A model generated the notes under the pieces. The model was not told where the DNA came from and did no database searches. It was given only the letters and a program-made list of their open reading frames with translations. The translations under genes were made by a program, and so were the position numbers. 64,000 nt of DNA, from positions 79,546,001-79,610,000 of the forward strand of contig OX597825.1 in the NCBI GenBank assembly GCA_951406725.2, read 5' to 3'. This stretch comes from Octopus vulgaris. Its lineage: Eukaryota. Shown here piece by piece: positions 1 through 12,825 of this stretch (positions are counted from its first letter, which is position 1; each line of letters starts with the position of its first letter).

Positions 1-28
1 TGCGGCTTTTAAGCTAGTATCTAAATAA

Positions 29-360
29 GTGAAAATACGTGACCGATCTGATTTCCAAAGAGGACAAATTGTTGGCACTCGGTTGGCTGGAGTTTCCATC
101 ACTAAGACTGCTCAATTAGTTAATGTTTCGAGCAGTGCAGTCTCTAAAATCATGTTGGCATTCCAAAAGCAAGGTAAAACCAGCCCAGGAAGGCATTATT
201 CCGGACGGAAGGAATCGCAGAGTAGTGAAACGTGTTGTATCTAAAAACCATCCAATTACGGCAGTAAAAGTGAATTCCACGAGAAGACTGTAATTGCTAA
301 TCTCTGGATAATGGGAAAAAAAATGATCTCTAGACTTTCAGAAGTGGTCAATGGCTCAAT
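29..360 (+). mobile_element. Decayed Tc1-like transposase N-terminal (HTH) fragment
   Basis: Translation DRSDFQRGQIVGTRLAGVSITKTAQLVNVSSSAVSKIM..GKTS..SGRK resembles the Tc1 paired-like DNA-binding domain; the frame breaks afterwards; end coordinate approximate. Confidence 0.75.
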
Positions 361-369
361 GGACGAATG

Positions 370-635
370 TCATTTGAGCAAGTGTCTTCTAGTATAGCCT
401 CAGGCCGACCAAAGTTTTGCGAGTGGATCTGGTAGAGGGAAACTGAAAGAAGCCCGTCGTATGTGTGTGTTTGTGTCTGTGTTTGTCCACCAACTCCATT
501 TGACAACCGGTGTCGGTTAGTTAACGTCTCCGTAACCTAGCGTTTGGCAAAAGAATCGATAGAACGAGTACCGCAGTCATTAGACTGCGGTGCCCCAGCA
601 TGGCCGCAGAATAATGAATGAAACAAGTAAAAGAT

Positions 636-636
<1 letters not shown>
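370..636 (+). mobile_element. SINE family A (octopus OK-like), 5'-truncated
   Basis: Shares the body caagtgtcttct..tatagcctc..gaccaaag..gaaactgaaagaagcccgtcg and the 3' end ccagcatggccgcag..gaaacaagtaaaaga with the full copies at 1577 and 13436. Confidence 0.8.
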
Positions 637-689
<53 letters not shown>

Positions 690-1446
690 CATATATATAT
701 ATATATATATTCACACTAGGGACACACACGTACATTTGTAGAAACACCCATTTTCATAACCTATCCGGCTATTTTTTCCTTTTATTATTCAACAACAGCT
801 TTTTTTCAACACGCTGTGCGTCGACATAAGACCTCATAGGTGGGTCACAGAAGCTACAAACCAGGATTGGTTGTGCTCATTTCAAATCAAACAGACGACA
901 TCCTGCGTAAACGCTCGCATAACAACAACAACAACAGCAACAGCAACAGCAGCAGCAGTAGCAGTAACAACAACAAAACACTTGCCGAATTACAGGTCGA
1001 CAGTGGCGCCATCACAACAGTGATGACGAAAATTGTCAGCTTATGATTCAGTCTAAAGAAATATTCTGGTGTCCCGGCCGCTACCACCAAATGTTGTCAT
1101 CGTCTTCTGTTTTAATTGCATTCACGTCTATTAAATATTGCCTTCAAATTTTGGCTCAAGGCCTCCTTTTTTTTTTACTTCCGCTTCTCTCTTCTTTCAC
1201 CCATTCGCTCTGGTTCTCCAGTCATCAGCTTCTCTTCTATTCACTCTTTAGACCAGTGTTTCTCAACCACAGTCCATATGGCCCCTAGGGGTTCATATGG
1301 CCCTTAGGGGTTCATATAAGATTTTGTTTGTTTAAACTTATGTGCAACAAACTAGTTTGTGCAACAAAGATATTTCAACAATTTTTTTATACAGTTCCTA
1401 ATAATATTTAATTATAAGAATATACTAAAAGTTTTTAGACATAAAA

Positions 1447-1567
1447 TGGCTCGGCCATATCACGTTGAAAGCACCGGTTCTCGTCCGATCACCGAAGTTA
1501 AGCAACATCGAGCCTAGTTAGTACTTAGATGGGTGACCGCATTGGAAACCTAGGTGCTGTAAGTATC
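1447..1567 (+). rRNA. 5S rRNA gene copy (probably a dispersed pseudogene)
   Basis: cggccatatcacgttgaaagcaccggttctcgtccgatcaccgaagttaagcaac..gttagtactt.gatgggtgaccgc..ggtgctgta matches the metazoan 5S consensus with box A/box C, followed by an oligo-T Pol III terminator; the 5' end and a few positions deviate from consensus. Confidence 0.9.
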
Positions 1568-1576
1568 TTTTTTATA

Positions 1577-1968
1577 AGCGTAAGAGTGGCTGTGTAGTAA
1601 GTAGCTTACTTACCAACCACATGGTTCCGGGTTCAGTCCCACTGCGTGGAACCTTCGGTAATTGTCTTCTACTATAGCCTCGGGCCAACCAAAGCCTTGT
1701 GAGTGAATTTGGTAGACGGAAAGAAGCCCGTCGTATATATGTATGTGTGCGTATAGGTTTGTGTGTCTGTGTTTGTCCCCCCAACATCGCTTGACAACCG
1801 ATGCTGGTGTGTTTACGTCCTCGTAGCTTAGCGGTTTGGCAAAAAGAGATCGATAGAATAAGTACTAGGCTTATAAAGAATAAGTCCCGGGGTCGATTTG
1901 CTCGACTAAAGGCGGTTCTCCAGCATGGCCACAGTCAAATGACTGAAACAAGTGAAAGAATAAAAGAG
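1577..1968 (+). mobile_element. SINE family A (tRNA-derived, OK-like), full length
   Basis: tRNA-like head with A box (tggctgtgtagt) and B box (ggttcagtccc), internal (TG)n, 3' end ..gactgaaacaagtgaaagaataaaaga. Confidence 0.85.
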
Positions 1969-2426
1969 AGCCTTCCCGCCCCGCCCACCACAAATAAATC
2001 ATGAATCAAAGGAGCCTATAGGGAAAAAATGGTTGAGAATCACTGCTTTAGATCACAACATAGAAGAGAGGAGACTACCTAGGTTTACAAGGAATTAGGG
2101 AACATTAGTAGGACTGATGAAATGAACCCACTGCATTCTGTAAAGCGGTTGCGCTTTGGTCTAACAGAAGACAAGAGAGCCCTTCTAGTGTTGGTGCCAA
2201 GATGAATTACGTCCAGTAGATTTTGTAACATGGTTGGCATCAGAAAGCTGCATCCAATTGTAAAAACCACGCAAAAATTAAAATATAGCTAGCGACCCAT
2301 CTAGGAGGGCAATAACCGCTGATGATATCGATCATGAACTGTGATAACCGTCCAATCAATACCAACATGGAAAGCAGGCGTAAAATTATGAAGATGACAC
2401 ACAACCGCTAAATACATGCACGCACG

Positions 2427-2487
<61 letters not shown>

Positions 2488-2521
2488 ATCCATCCATCCA
2501 TCCATCCATCCATCCATCTAT

Positions 2522-2557
<36 letters not shown>

Positions 2558-4078
2558 ATTGGTCATTAGCGATGGAAGCAGTTTTAGTTCAAATAGCATT
2601 TTGTATATCTTACTTAATATGGATATTCTATACAAACTCTCAAGACTGCAGTATTCGTCAGGAGAAGGCTTCTGGTATGGACGTATAGTGCTAAAAAACG
2701 CATAAATATATCGGTAACAAACAAAAAGCGTCAAGCAGCGGCGGTGGAATTGTTAAATCCAGATTTCCGCTCCTTTGAGCGTCATATGCAAAGACAAATT
2801 TAGCTTCTATTGACATAGAAGAAAGTGATTAACAAATCACTGGTGTCGTAAATAGCCGGCAGGCGGTGTAGAAATTTGTTGCACAGACATACAATCATAA
2901 AAACAACACACATACATGCACACATAAACACACACACGTTTATATACATAGTGTGTGTGTGTGTGTGAGTGTTTAAACTATTTCTCAAGGGAAAATAAAC
3001 CAAGAGAATTATTCAACCTCATATAAAATGTTTAATAAGTGAAAACAAAGTCACTAATCCTTTACTAAGCTTTCAAAACTTGATATCACATTTTAATGAC
3101 ATCATATGTAAGAATATCCGAAAGTTTTCATGCATAATGCTAGTCGATATCGCCTGACGATGCATCACTCTACCAGACTTTCTTCACGAACAAATCACAA
3201 ATTGCCCTTCTTAAGAAACCTCTCAAGCTTAATAATGTTATTATCTTATCGTCGTTTTGGGGATTTGTATTAATCGGCCAAGTGTCTTTTACCGTAGTCT
3301 CGAGTCGACCAAGGTCTTTTCAGTGAAATTTGGTTGACGGAGGAAGCTTGGTCTTGTAGTTTGAGTGAATAAAAATTGCGCTCAAATATCTCTCAAATAA
3401 TACCTTAACGTCTTACAAAACGTAGGACGTATCAAACGTTCATCTTTGTGCCATCAGGTTGACGAATGACCCTCTACTGACATCTTTAACTCTTTTACTG
3501 CAGAAATCACGTGTATCCATTCAAAATTTCATTACCTTTAGCAGCGGAAAACAGTTCTATATACCAATTTCTCTTTTACTGAGGAATGGCATGTTTGAAA
3601 ATATTTCTTGTTGAAATATGTCGAGTTTCTTGAGGGAATGTGACTTGCAGAAAATACCATTTCTATTTTGTTTTTTCTTTGGTAGATATTTAACATAATT
3701 ACAGGAATAGCAGTGAAATTTAGTGTTTTAGTCGAACGGTTAACTAGCACTTTGTGTATCTCACGGAGTTTTCGTGGGAGAATATAAAAGTAGTTTTTTC
3801 TTGCCTTACATCCGATGTTTTTACAAATTGCCTTTCTTAAGAAGACTCTCGGACTTACTAACTAAACGCTGACGGATTCGTCACATCCATCTGAACACTG
3901 AGAAAATAAAGATACACAATAAATACTAAAGTGGTCTTGCGATTCTGCCAAATCACTGCACTGGGATAATATTTTAATTATATACATATATATATATATA
4001 CATACATATATATATACATACATATATATATACATACATGCATATATACATACATACATACATACATACATACATACA

Positions 4079-4158
<80 letters not shown>

Positions 4159-4400
4159 AAAAATAAAAACGGAAAATACGCACACTTACATGGTTATAGT
4201 AAATTAAAAATTATACTATAACCATGTAAGTGTGCGTATTTTCCGTTTTTATTTTTCTTATATACATTACAATCCACCACGTGGGGACAACCGAAATTCC
4301 TCTTTTCTGTTACTACTACTATATATATAAATTTGTCAAAATATTTTCGTCGCTTTGAAACCGCGACCTGTTCACTGACAAAATTCTGTGCTGCATTCCG

Positions 4401-4469
<69 letters not shown>

Positions 4470-4473
<4 letters not shown>

Positions 4474-4731
4474 GAGAATTCACAACAAAAAAAAGACGAA
4501 GACAGGTGGTGTAGATAACAAACAGATGTATTAGTATAACGCTTGGGAAGTGAAAAAGTCTTTAACGTTTCGAGCATACGCTCTTCCACAGAAAGAAACA
4601 AGGAGAGAAAACAAAGAATGTGTAGTGGCTAGGGATCTATCATGGCGAAACATAAGTGTATCGGTAACAAGCAAAAAGCATCAAGCAGCGGCGGTGGAAT
4701 TGTTAAATCCAGATTTCCGCTCCTTTGAGCG

Positions 4732-4735
<4 letters not shown>
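4470..4735 (-). mobile_element. Penelope-like short remnant between (TA)n tracts with degenerate HHR motif (4564-4591)
   Basis: Minus strand: ctgtgga-agagc-gtat-gctc-gaaac-gtt; the 3' part is shared with 2690-2787 and about 50 bp recurs at 7827-7876. Confidence 0.55.
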
Positions 4736-4793
<58 letters not shown>

Positions 4794-4824
4794 TGTTCCT
4801 ATGTATGGCGACTTTTGAATCACC

Positions 4825-4879
<55 letters not shown>

Positions 4880-4912
4880 TGAGAAAGTTGGTGTGTGAAA
4901 ACACGTGGTTGA

Positions 4913-5130
4913 ATATATAGAAAATAGTAAAAAGTGAAAAAACTACAGAAGGCTTGTTTTAAAAGGTTAAAAAATATATATTTGAGTCAATATGTCTGAA
5001 GAATGTTATAAATTTTTTTCATACAGTGACATAGTTTAGAAGAAAAACATTCTTCGACTCAAATATATATTTTTTTACCTTTTAAAACAAGCCTTCTGTA
5101 GTTTTTTCACTTTTTACTATTTTCTATATA
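4913..5130. repeat. Foldback: about 75-bp near-perfect inverted repeats around a short spacer
   Basis: agaaaatagtaaaaagtgaaaaaactacagaaggcttgttttaaaagg..tttgagtc vs gactcaaa..ccttttaaaacaagccttctgtagttttttcactttttactattttct. Confidence 0.85.
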
Positions 5131-5537
5131 TATATATATATATATAAACACACATTTATATATATATATATATATATATTAAACACACATTTATATATAT
5201 ATATATATATATTTATATATACACACACATATCAATGGAGAGATTGATAGATCAGTGGCTTAACAGAATTCAACAATATCTGTCCTGATTTGTATGCAAT
5301 AGGTTAGTCGGCCACTTAATAAATTAAAGAGAATGTATATTTAGCCAGATGCACAAAGGAGGCGAGAGTGCAGCGAGAGTTATTTGATATTCCTCATATT
5401 TCCAGTAATGTTATGCGATGTAATTAAAATGTCATTAACTAAGAATCAAAATCAGATCACACCGAAAATAAACCATCAAAGAACTTAGCTTTACTGACTA
5501 ATTTCAAAAGAATCTTTGATAATTAATACCGAAATTG

Positions 5538-5855
5538 TGAAGGCGCTTGGCTTAGTGGTTGGCGTATTCGGCTCCCGATCATAAGGTCGCGAGTTCGATT
5601 CCCAGCAGCGTGTTGTGTCTCTCGAGCAAGACACTTTATTTCACGTTGCTCCAGTCCACTCAGCTGGCAAAAATTAGTTGTACCTGTATTTCAAAGGGCT
5701 GGCCTTGTCACTTTCTGTGTCATGTTGAATCTCCTTGAGAACTGTATTAAGGGCACGCGTGTCTGTGGAGTGCTCAGCCACTTGTACGTTAATTTCACGT
5801 GCACGCTGATCCGTTGATCGGATCAACTGGAACCGTCATCGTCGTAATCGACGAA
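5538..5855 (+). mobile_element. tRNA-derived SINE family C
   Basis: Head gaaggcgcttggcttagtgg..gagttcgattccc (A/B boxes); the body recurs inverted at 34023-34242. Confidence 0.8.
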
Positions 5856-6940
5856 GTGAATACTTAAATTTCAGAAGTGCTTTTTTCCCCCCACTAACAG
5901 TTAAATATTTGAGAGAATTGTTTCTAATTCTGGCACAAGGCCAGCAATTCTAGGCGATGGGATAAGTCGATTACATAGATGCAGTACGGAATTTTGTCAG
6001 TGAACAGGTCGTGGTCTCAAAGCGACGAAAATATTTTGGCAAATTAAATTTAAATGTTGAAGTGAATCTGACGGTTTTTGTGTTTTTGTTAAATGGCTTA
6101 TAAACACCTTCCACACTGCAATTGTTTATTTAAACCGTTTCAGCTAAAGTTTCTCTAGAGCCATATTTTCTTTTAGTCTTGGAATGGTGAGTTTTAGACG
6201 ATTTGAACTCATCAATTGTTGGTGGGAGAACAAAAACTATTTCAGAATGTGCCGTTTTTTTCCCTTTTCTTTCTAAATTAAACTTCTCTTTACCGAGACT
6301 GCAAGGAATTGCTGTAGCATTCTTCCCTTTCCTGGGACTACCATATTAAGCTGGCAACATACCATCACTTTACCGTGCTGCTACTGTATAAATCTCTCTG
6401 AGAAAGTAATTTCTATCTATTGAGATATTTAGTGACCAGAATGGTTGAATGGATAAGAACGTTATTTCCACAATCACCGCGCCTCAGTTTCGATCCCACT
6501 TCATGGAATTTTGGACAAATGTCTTTTACCATAGCCTCAAGTCTACCCGAGCCTTGTGTGTGAAACAGGGTAGATGGAAACAATATAGATACCCGTCAAG
6601 GAGTAGCACTCGCGATTTAAAAGTTCCAACCTTGTCACACACTAAGATGGTTTTACTTGAGAATTACGCTAAGGGTACATATGGAATACTCAGCCACTTA
6701 CACATTAATTCAATGAGCTGACAATTTAGTTGATCGAGCAGCTGAAGAGTCATCGTGGAAATTGGTGGAGATCCATTGATATCGATACGTAGAGACAGAA
6801 ATTATTAAGAAAGCAAATATTATAAGAAAATAAAGATATTCATTTCTAATACTGGCGCAAGGTTGCACGTTGTAGATATGTGAGAATTATTGATTGAATC
6901 GCCACCTTCGGTATGCAACTGGTGCCTAATCTTATCTTGA

Positions 6941-7142
6941 TACCGTATTTTCTGGCATACATGTTTATAATATAAACATGTAATATAAGCATTCAAACAT
7001 CGTCGCTAAATTTCCAAATCCCGTTGCTTTTCAGGTGGAATTTTTGGTCCTCTAAAGTCGTTTTGGTGTATTAATCAATCTGCCATTTTTGGCTGCAAAA
7101 TTTGGTCTGGAAAATTCGACCTGTATGCCGGAAAATACGGTA
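6941..7142. mobile_element. pogo/Tigger-like MITE inserted in an old SINE
   Basis: Terminal inverted repeats ta-ccgtattttctggcatac / gtatgccggaaaatacgg-ta with TA TSD. Confidence 0.8.
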
Positions 7143-8163
7143 GAAAAGATGGAAGGTAAACTCAACGCAACGAGATTTTAAATTCGAACTGAAAGGCATG
7201 CAGTTAAATATCACAAAGTTTTTTTTGGGATTTTTCCCCGGTGCTCTGCCGGTTTTGCCATTTATAGTAGGTCTTTGCCTCAGTTTGAACCAGGACTAGA
7301 ATTTTTTTTGTTCCTCCAATTGGGGAAATTTTCATCATCAGAAACCGGATCTTTTCAATTATGTGATGACGTCATGTAAGAAACTAACCAATGACAAGCA
7401 ACAACGATGAATCAGATGATTGAATAAGGTCTGCGAAAATACCAACGGAATGAAAGGTTCTGATTAAGCTATACCGTGTCAGTTCATTCATAACATGTTC
7501 TGGAGAAGATTCTAACGTATCTGATTGCGTTTGCTTTCCCCACCGAAGGACGCCTCTTCTACCTCGGCAATGTGAGTTCATAACACACGTGGTTCTACGA
7601 AAACTTACCTTACAAGAGGACAGTGAAAAGACAGAAGATTAGTGACGTGAGAAGCGAAGCGTGACGAAGGGCAAATGATTGCATTCGGCTGTCTCCAAAT
7701 TTACGACTGCCAAAATACTGAACTGTAAAATGTATTGTCTGCATTAACACTTGTACTGCCACCACATTCACTGGAATATTATGAATAGAATTTTCCGACC
7801 TTACACTGTAGTATTTTTCTTTCGATTTTAACGTTTCAAGCATACGCTCTTCCACAGAAAGAAACAAGGAGAGAAATCTTATATAAGATTTTAACAAAAA
7901 ACAAACAAAACGAACGACTGCTTTTCATTCATCTAACTTTTCAATTAATTCCATTCTTCTTCTCTTTTTGTTAAACATTCTTGCAGTAGCATTCTTAGAT
8001 TTATACAGTAGATTTATACAGTAACAGCGCCATAAAGAGATGGTGTGTTGCCAACTTAATGTGGCAGTCCCATGAAAGGGAAGAATGCTACTTCAAGTTA
8101 TGTTTGTATTTGTTAAACATTCAAACATTGTGTAAATTGTATATGAAAAAGTGTTTTACTCAC

Positions 8164-9207
8164 CGTTGTGGATGGTGATAGTATTTGTGTACATTCTATG
8201 GTTCGCGTCTGGGTGCCAGGCCCACAACTGGTGCTGCACGAAGACCAGTTGCCAGTCTGCCACGATGGCTGACAAGGCCCCGTGTTACATGTGACTTTTT
8301 GCTTCGCCGGCACAGTTGAATTGTTACAATTATCTGCTGTCACTGTAACTTGACTTTTGATTTTGACACAGACTATCCGGGTTTGTTGGATGCCACCCCC
8401 GCACGTCCTCGAGCATTCGGTAAATCCAGCAATTTTCCAATCATAAAATTCTACTGTATTAGAATTTTCGTCTATCAAATGAGTTCTTTTTTCTGGAACG
8501 GTGCTGTGCTGTAAATTAATTTTCTCACTATGTTCAATAAATCTTGGGTGTTGTTTCACACTCAAATCTCTGTTTCCCGGAAGTAAAGGTTTATTCTTAT
8601 AGTCGTGTCTTGGCGGGATTCTCGGAAAATGCTGTTTGTTAATCCTGGGATTATAGATGTGTCGGTTGTTTATTCGGTTCGGAATTATCCTGGGATAATG
8701 TCTATAATTAACTCTATTGTAATCAACGGGATTTCTCGAAGGGATAATTACTGGATGACGTAATCCTCGGTTCCAGTTGTTGTATAACTGTGTTTTAGTT
8801 CTGTTCTCCCGTGATGTTAGTCTTGTCTGGGTGTTGGGAGGAACGATAGGAGGTACCCCTGGTAGATAATGTCTGTATGGTCGGCTATTATACGGAGAAG
8901 GGCGATGGTAAGGCAACTTTGGTCTTCTGTAGTAGGTCGCATGACTAATGTTGTTATGTCCAGGTAAACGATTTTTAGGAGGAGCGTAGCCCCGATGTTG
9001 ATATCTGCCGGTGTTTTTCCAAGCGTATTGTTGTGAGCCATACGGAGGGTAGCGTCTTCTCAGTTCACCGTTGTGTAGATACGGCTGTTGATTTTGTGGT
9101 GTGTCATGTACACTCGGTTGCGTATGATTGTGATGGCTAGAAGACGTGTTCTCTTTTGGTTCGTAAAACTCAAACGTAATGCCAGGATTGTTGTTGACGT
9201 ACACAAT
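8164..9207 (-). CDS. Exon (1044 nt, phase 0-0) of an ADAMTS-like/THSD4-like protein: spacer end, basic linker, TSP1 repeats
   Basis: Acceptor ctttgcag|ATT at 9208/9207 and donor ACG|gtgagt at 8164/8163. IVYVNNNPGITFEFY matches the ADAMTS spacer C-terminus (NPGxxYEY); WKIAGFTECSRTCGGG..CNTGPC and WQTGNWSSCSTSCGPGTQTRTIEC are TSP1 repeats. Confidence 0.93.
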
Positions 9208-9409
9208 CTGCAAAGATAAGGCGACAAAGAACAACATGAAATAAATACTTCGACATATATTTCTGGATTACAAGAAATCATAAAGACTTTACAAAAACTG
9301 AATATTTCTAACTTGGGCCTGAAGTAATGCTTTCTAAGATTTTATTGTTGGCGTAATTTTGTGCCATTAAAAATGAGATGACGCACCATAGATCTTTCAT
9401 CTTTTTATT

Positions 9410-9660
9410 GTTTTGATTTTATTTGTTTTAGTCATTAGACTGCAGCCATGCTGGAGCACCGCCTTAAGGAAGTTTTAGTGAACGAATCGACCCCAGGTTT
9501 TATATTGAAGCATAGTACTTATTCTAACGATTTCTTTTGCCGAACCGTTAAATTACGGGGACGTAAATAAACCAACGCTCGTTGTCGAGCGGTGGTCGGG
9601 GAAAAACGAAAAGACACGCGCGCGCACACACACGCTCACACTGACACAAAAACACAAACA
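9410..9660 (-). mobile_element. SINE family A, 3' half, minus strand
   Basis: gtcattagactgcagccatgctggagcaccgcc..ttttgccgaaccg is the reverse complement of the family A 3' region. Confidence 0.75.
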
Positions 9661-10666
9661 CACAGCATGGAAAAGGTATGAATAATGAGCTTTACGTATT
9701 TCTTTATTTGTGCACTTTCGTCTTACAGCTGTTTCTGATATGTTTCTGATGAGATAAAAAGATGATCTGATAACACGATCTACGCAAACTCCCCCTGGCA
9801 GTCGAGATTTGTCTATTTGAAACGATGTTCAATGTGAATGTCTGGAGACCATTGTTCGCAAAATGAGGTAGCGAGTGAGGAAGGGACATAAGGGTTGGTT
9901 CGTAAGCTTACAAAAGAGTGAACTTACAAAAGAGTTACCACAAACCAAACCAAACGGTGACATAAAGCGTACATAGGCGACCTTCTTGAAGCGAGTCGCA
10001 TGAGACAGGGATAATCACCAGGCGAGCTGCGCTAGTAATAAAAAAAAAATCAAGGTAATCTTTCGTTAAGTGTACCATTCAGAAAGTTCGTGGGCCGCCT
10101 AATGACTGGTATAAAACAAATCAAATTGTTGGGGGCCTCTATCTAAGAATGCTGCCATCTTAAACTTTTGGATAACTATTTGATCAGTCACTTTTTTGAT
10201 CTTGAAATTTTCTGCAAAATCTGCAAGTTTTCTTTCATTCAGGATAAAAGAAAAAAAAAAAAAAGAAAAAAAGAAAAAAAAAAGGAATAAAAATAAAAAG
10301 AAGAATTCTCAATATCCATTTGAGTTAAATTTCCTTTCATGATAATCTGACATCTTTTTGAGGACTCCAAGAATTCTTTATACACATCTTATGGCAACTG
10401 GCTTCAATTTCGAAACATAAATAAATATATTCTATTGTAGACATATCCACTCTATGAGTCATTATATATCTCCAGAAACAACATTGAAATCTTGTTAAAA
10501 CATCTCTTTTTCTCTTCTTTCAATGCTTACTGTCTTACTTTAATCTTCAACGACTTCCTGTCAACTGATTGTCCAAAAACCGCTTCCTGCTAATTCTTGT
10601 CGACACCTTCTTTGAGTGAATAAAGCATCGCCCAATCACTTTCTTCAAATTGCGATACATTTCCAC

Positions 10667-10714
<48 letters not shown>

Positions 10715-10859
10715 GTTTCAAATTTTGGCGCAAGGCCAGCAATTTCGGGGATGTGGGTAATAATAATAATAATAATAATGATGATGATAAAAATAATAAT
10801 AATAATAATCATGATAATAATGATGATGATGATGGTGATGATAATAATAACAATAATAA

Positions 10860-11523
10860 TCCTTTCTACTATAGGCATAAGGCCTGAAATTTAGGGGAAG
10901 TGGGAAAGTCCATTATATCGACCTCGGAGCAAAACTAGTACTTATTTCATCGACCCCGAAAGGATGAAAGGCAAAGTCGACCTCGGTGAAATTTGAACTC
11001 AGAACGTAGCGACGGACGAAATACGGCAAAGCATTTTGCCTGATGTGCTAACGATTCTGCCAGCTCGGCGAAATTTGAACTCAGAACGTAACGACAGACG
11101 AAATACCTATTTTTTTACTACCCACAAGAGGCTAAACACAGAGAGGACAAACAAGGTCAGACAAACGGATTAAGTCGATTATATCGACCCCAGTGCGTAA
11201 CTGGTACTTATTTAACCAACCCCGAAAGGATGAAAGGCAAAGTCGACCTCGTCGGAATTTGAACTCAGAACGTAACAGTAGACGAAATATCGATTTCTAT
11301 TTCTTTACTACCCACAAGGGGCTACACACAGAGGGGACGAACAAGGACAAACAAACGGATTAAGTAGATTATATTGACCCCAGTGCGTAACTAGTACTTA
11401 TTTGATCGACCCCGATGAAAGACGAAAGGCAAAGTCGACCTCGGTGGAATTTGAACTCAGAACGTAGCGGCAGACTAAATACGGCTACGGATTTCGCCCG
11501 GCGTGTTGTTAAGCTCGCCACCT
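10860..11523 (-). mobile_element. Tandem/nested array of SINE family B units
   Basis: Three repeats of cgaccccgaaaggatgaaaggcaaagtcgacctcgg..aatttgaactcagaacgta, flanked by (AAT)n tracts. Confidence 0.85.
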
Positions 11524-11557
11524 AAACAACAACAACAATGACGACGACGACGACGAC

Positions 11558-11634
<77 letters not shown>

Positions 11635-11897
11635 TGATAATAATAATTTGAAAAATAAACTGAAACAAATAGAGATATTCCTGTGGTTCGCAGACTCAAC
11701 TGCTGCTGAAATGAAGAAAATTACAGAAAGAATATTGTGGGTTAATAAATAAATAAATAAATAAATAAATAATGGCCTAGAAGCAGTGAATTGCAGAGAA
11801 AACAAAACAGTGTATTTTATAGAAATAAGCAAACGTTGACTATTTTGCTCATGTTTTTATAATTTGACTTTTTTGTTGATTCAGAAAACCAATTTAA

Positions 11898-11932
<35 letters not shown>

Positions 11933-12183
11933 ACAGACAAAAATAATTCTTTTTGCTTTCTATTTCAGGAAAGTTTTTAAGATTTCACTGTTTGAAGAAA
12001 TTTATTATTTATTTTATATAAATAGGAGTGAATTAATTTTTAACATAATTCTTACTCCAGGGACATATTCGTGTGTGTGCGTGTGTGTGTGTATACATAG
12101 ATATATATGTGTGTATTTGTATGCGTGTGCATTCATACATATATACATATATCTGCATATATACATACTTAATATAAAGACAC

Positions 12184-12254
<71 letters not shown>

Positions 12255-12302
12255 TGTATATGTACATGTAGAGGTAGGTACGTACATATATGTTTATATA
12301 TA

Positions 12303-12365
<63 letters not shown>

Positions 12366-12471
12366 TGATAAATATGGTAAGACAACACAAGAAAGAAAGA
12401 GACCTCGATATTATGTAAATAGAGAAATTTATCTGTAAATGTAATATTAGAAAATTATTCGTTACCCATGA

Positions 12472-12528
12472 TAAAACTCCGAGTTTCGGATGCCGAGGTG
12501 GAAATCCACGCCGCCATCTCTTCAGTTA
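12472..12528 (-). ncRNA. Minimal type-I hammerhead ribozyme-like motif with intact core
   Basis: Minus strand: taa-CTGAAGA-gatg..gtggatttccac..catc-c-GAAA-ctcggag-T-T-tta; stem I taa/tta; near-palindromic stem III; GUU triplet. Confidence 0.55.
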
Positions 12529-12573
12529 GAGATGTTTTATCATGGCTACCGAATAATTGTCACATATTACATT

Positions 12574-12632
<59 letters not shown>

Positions 12633-12635
<3 letters not shown>

Positions 12636-12825
12636 CTCAGTCGAAGTCGACTCTCGGTCACTCGTTGGATCAGTGTCCTCCAGTCAGTTCTATCCTGGGC
12701 CGCTTCTTTCAGATTGGCCACGTCCATTCCTTTATCACTCTTGATGGTGTCAAGCCAGCGGGTTCTTGGTCGGTCTCTTCCTCTCTTGCCACTGACCATT
12801 CCGAGCATGATGTCCTTCTCCAGGG

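Larger units (their letters stand above)
1254..2045. mobile_element. hAT (Charlie/Buster-type) non-autonomous element with nested 5S copy and SINE
   Basis: TIRs cagtgtttctcaacc (1254) / ggttgagaatcactg (2031-2045); 8-bp TSD ctttagac (1246-1253) / ctttagat (2046-2053) with central TA. Confidence 0.85.

Noticed and set aside
5538-5610. tRNA genes at SINE heads (also 37655-37727, 39746-39815, 57541-57610)
   Set aside because: Each continues into a repeated SINE body and lacks a proper acceptor stem and terminator.
7609-7722. Possible next exon of the ADAMTS-like gene (ttttacag acceptor, strong gtaagt donor, VNLETAECNHLP; signal-peptide-like MQSFALRHASLL in another frame)
   Set aside because: The frame continuing from the upstream exon stops before the donor and lacks the remaining TSP1 cysteines; the hydrophobic frame also stops before the donor.
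8113-9237. 374-aa ORF read as a complete single-exon secreted protein
   Set aside because: The hydrophobic N-terminus is the translated polypyrimidine tract; clear splice sites delimit an internal exon and the second TSP1 repeat is cut at the donor.
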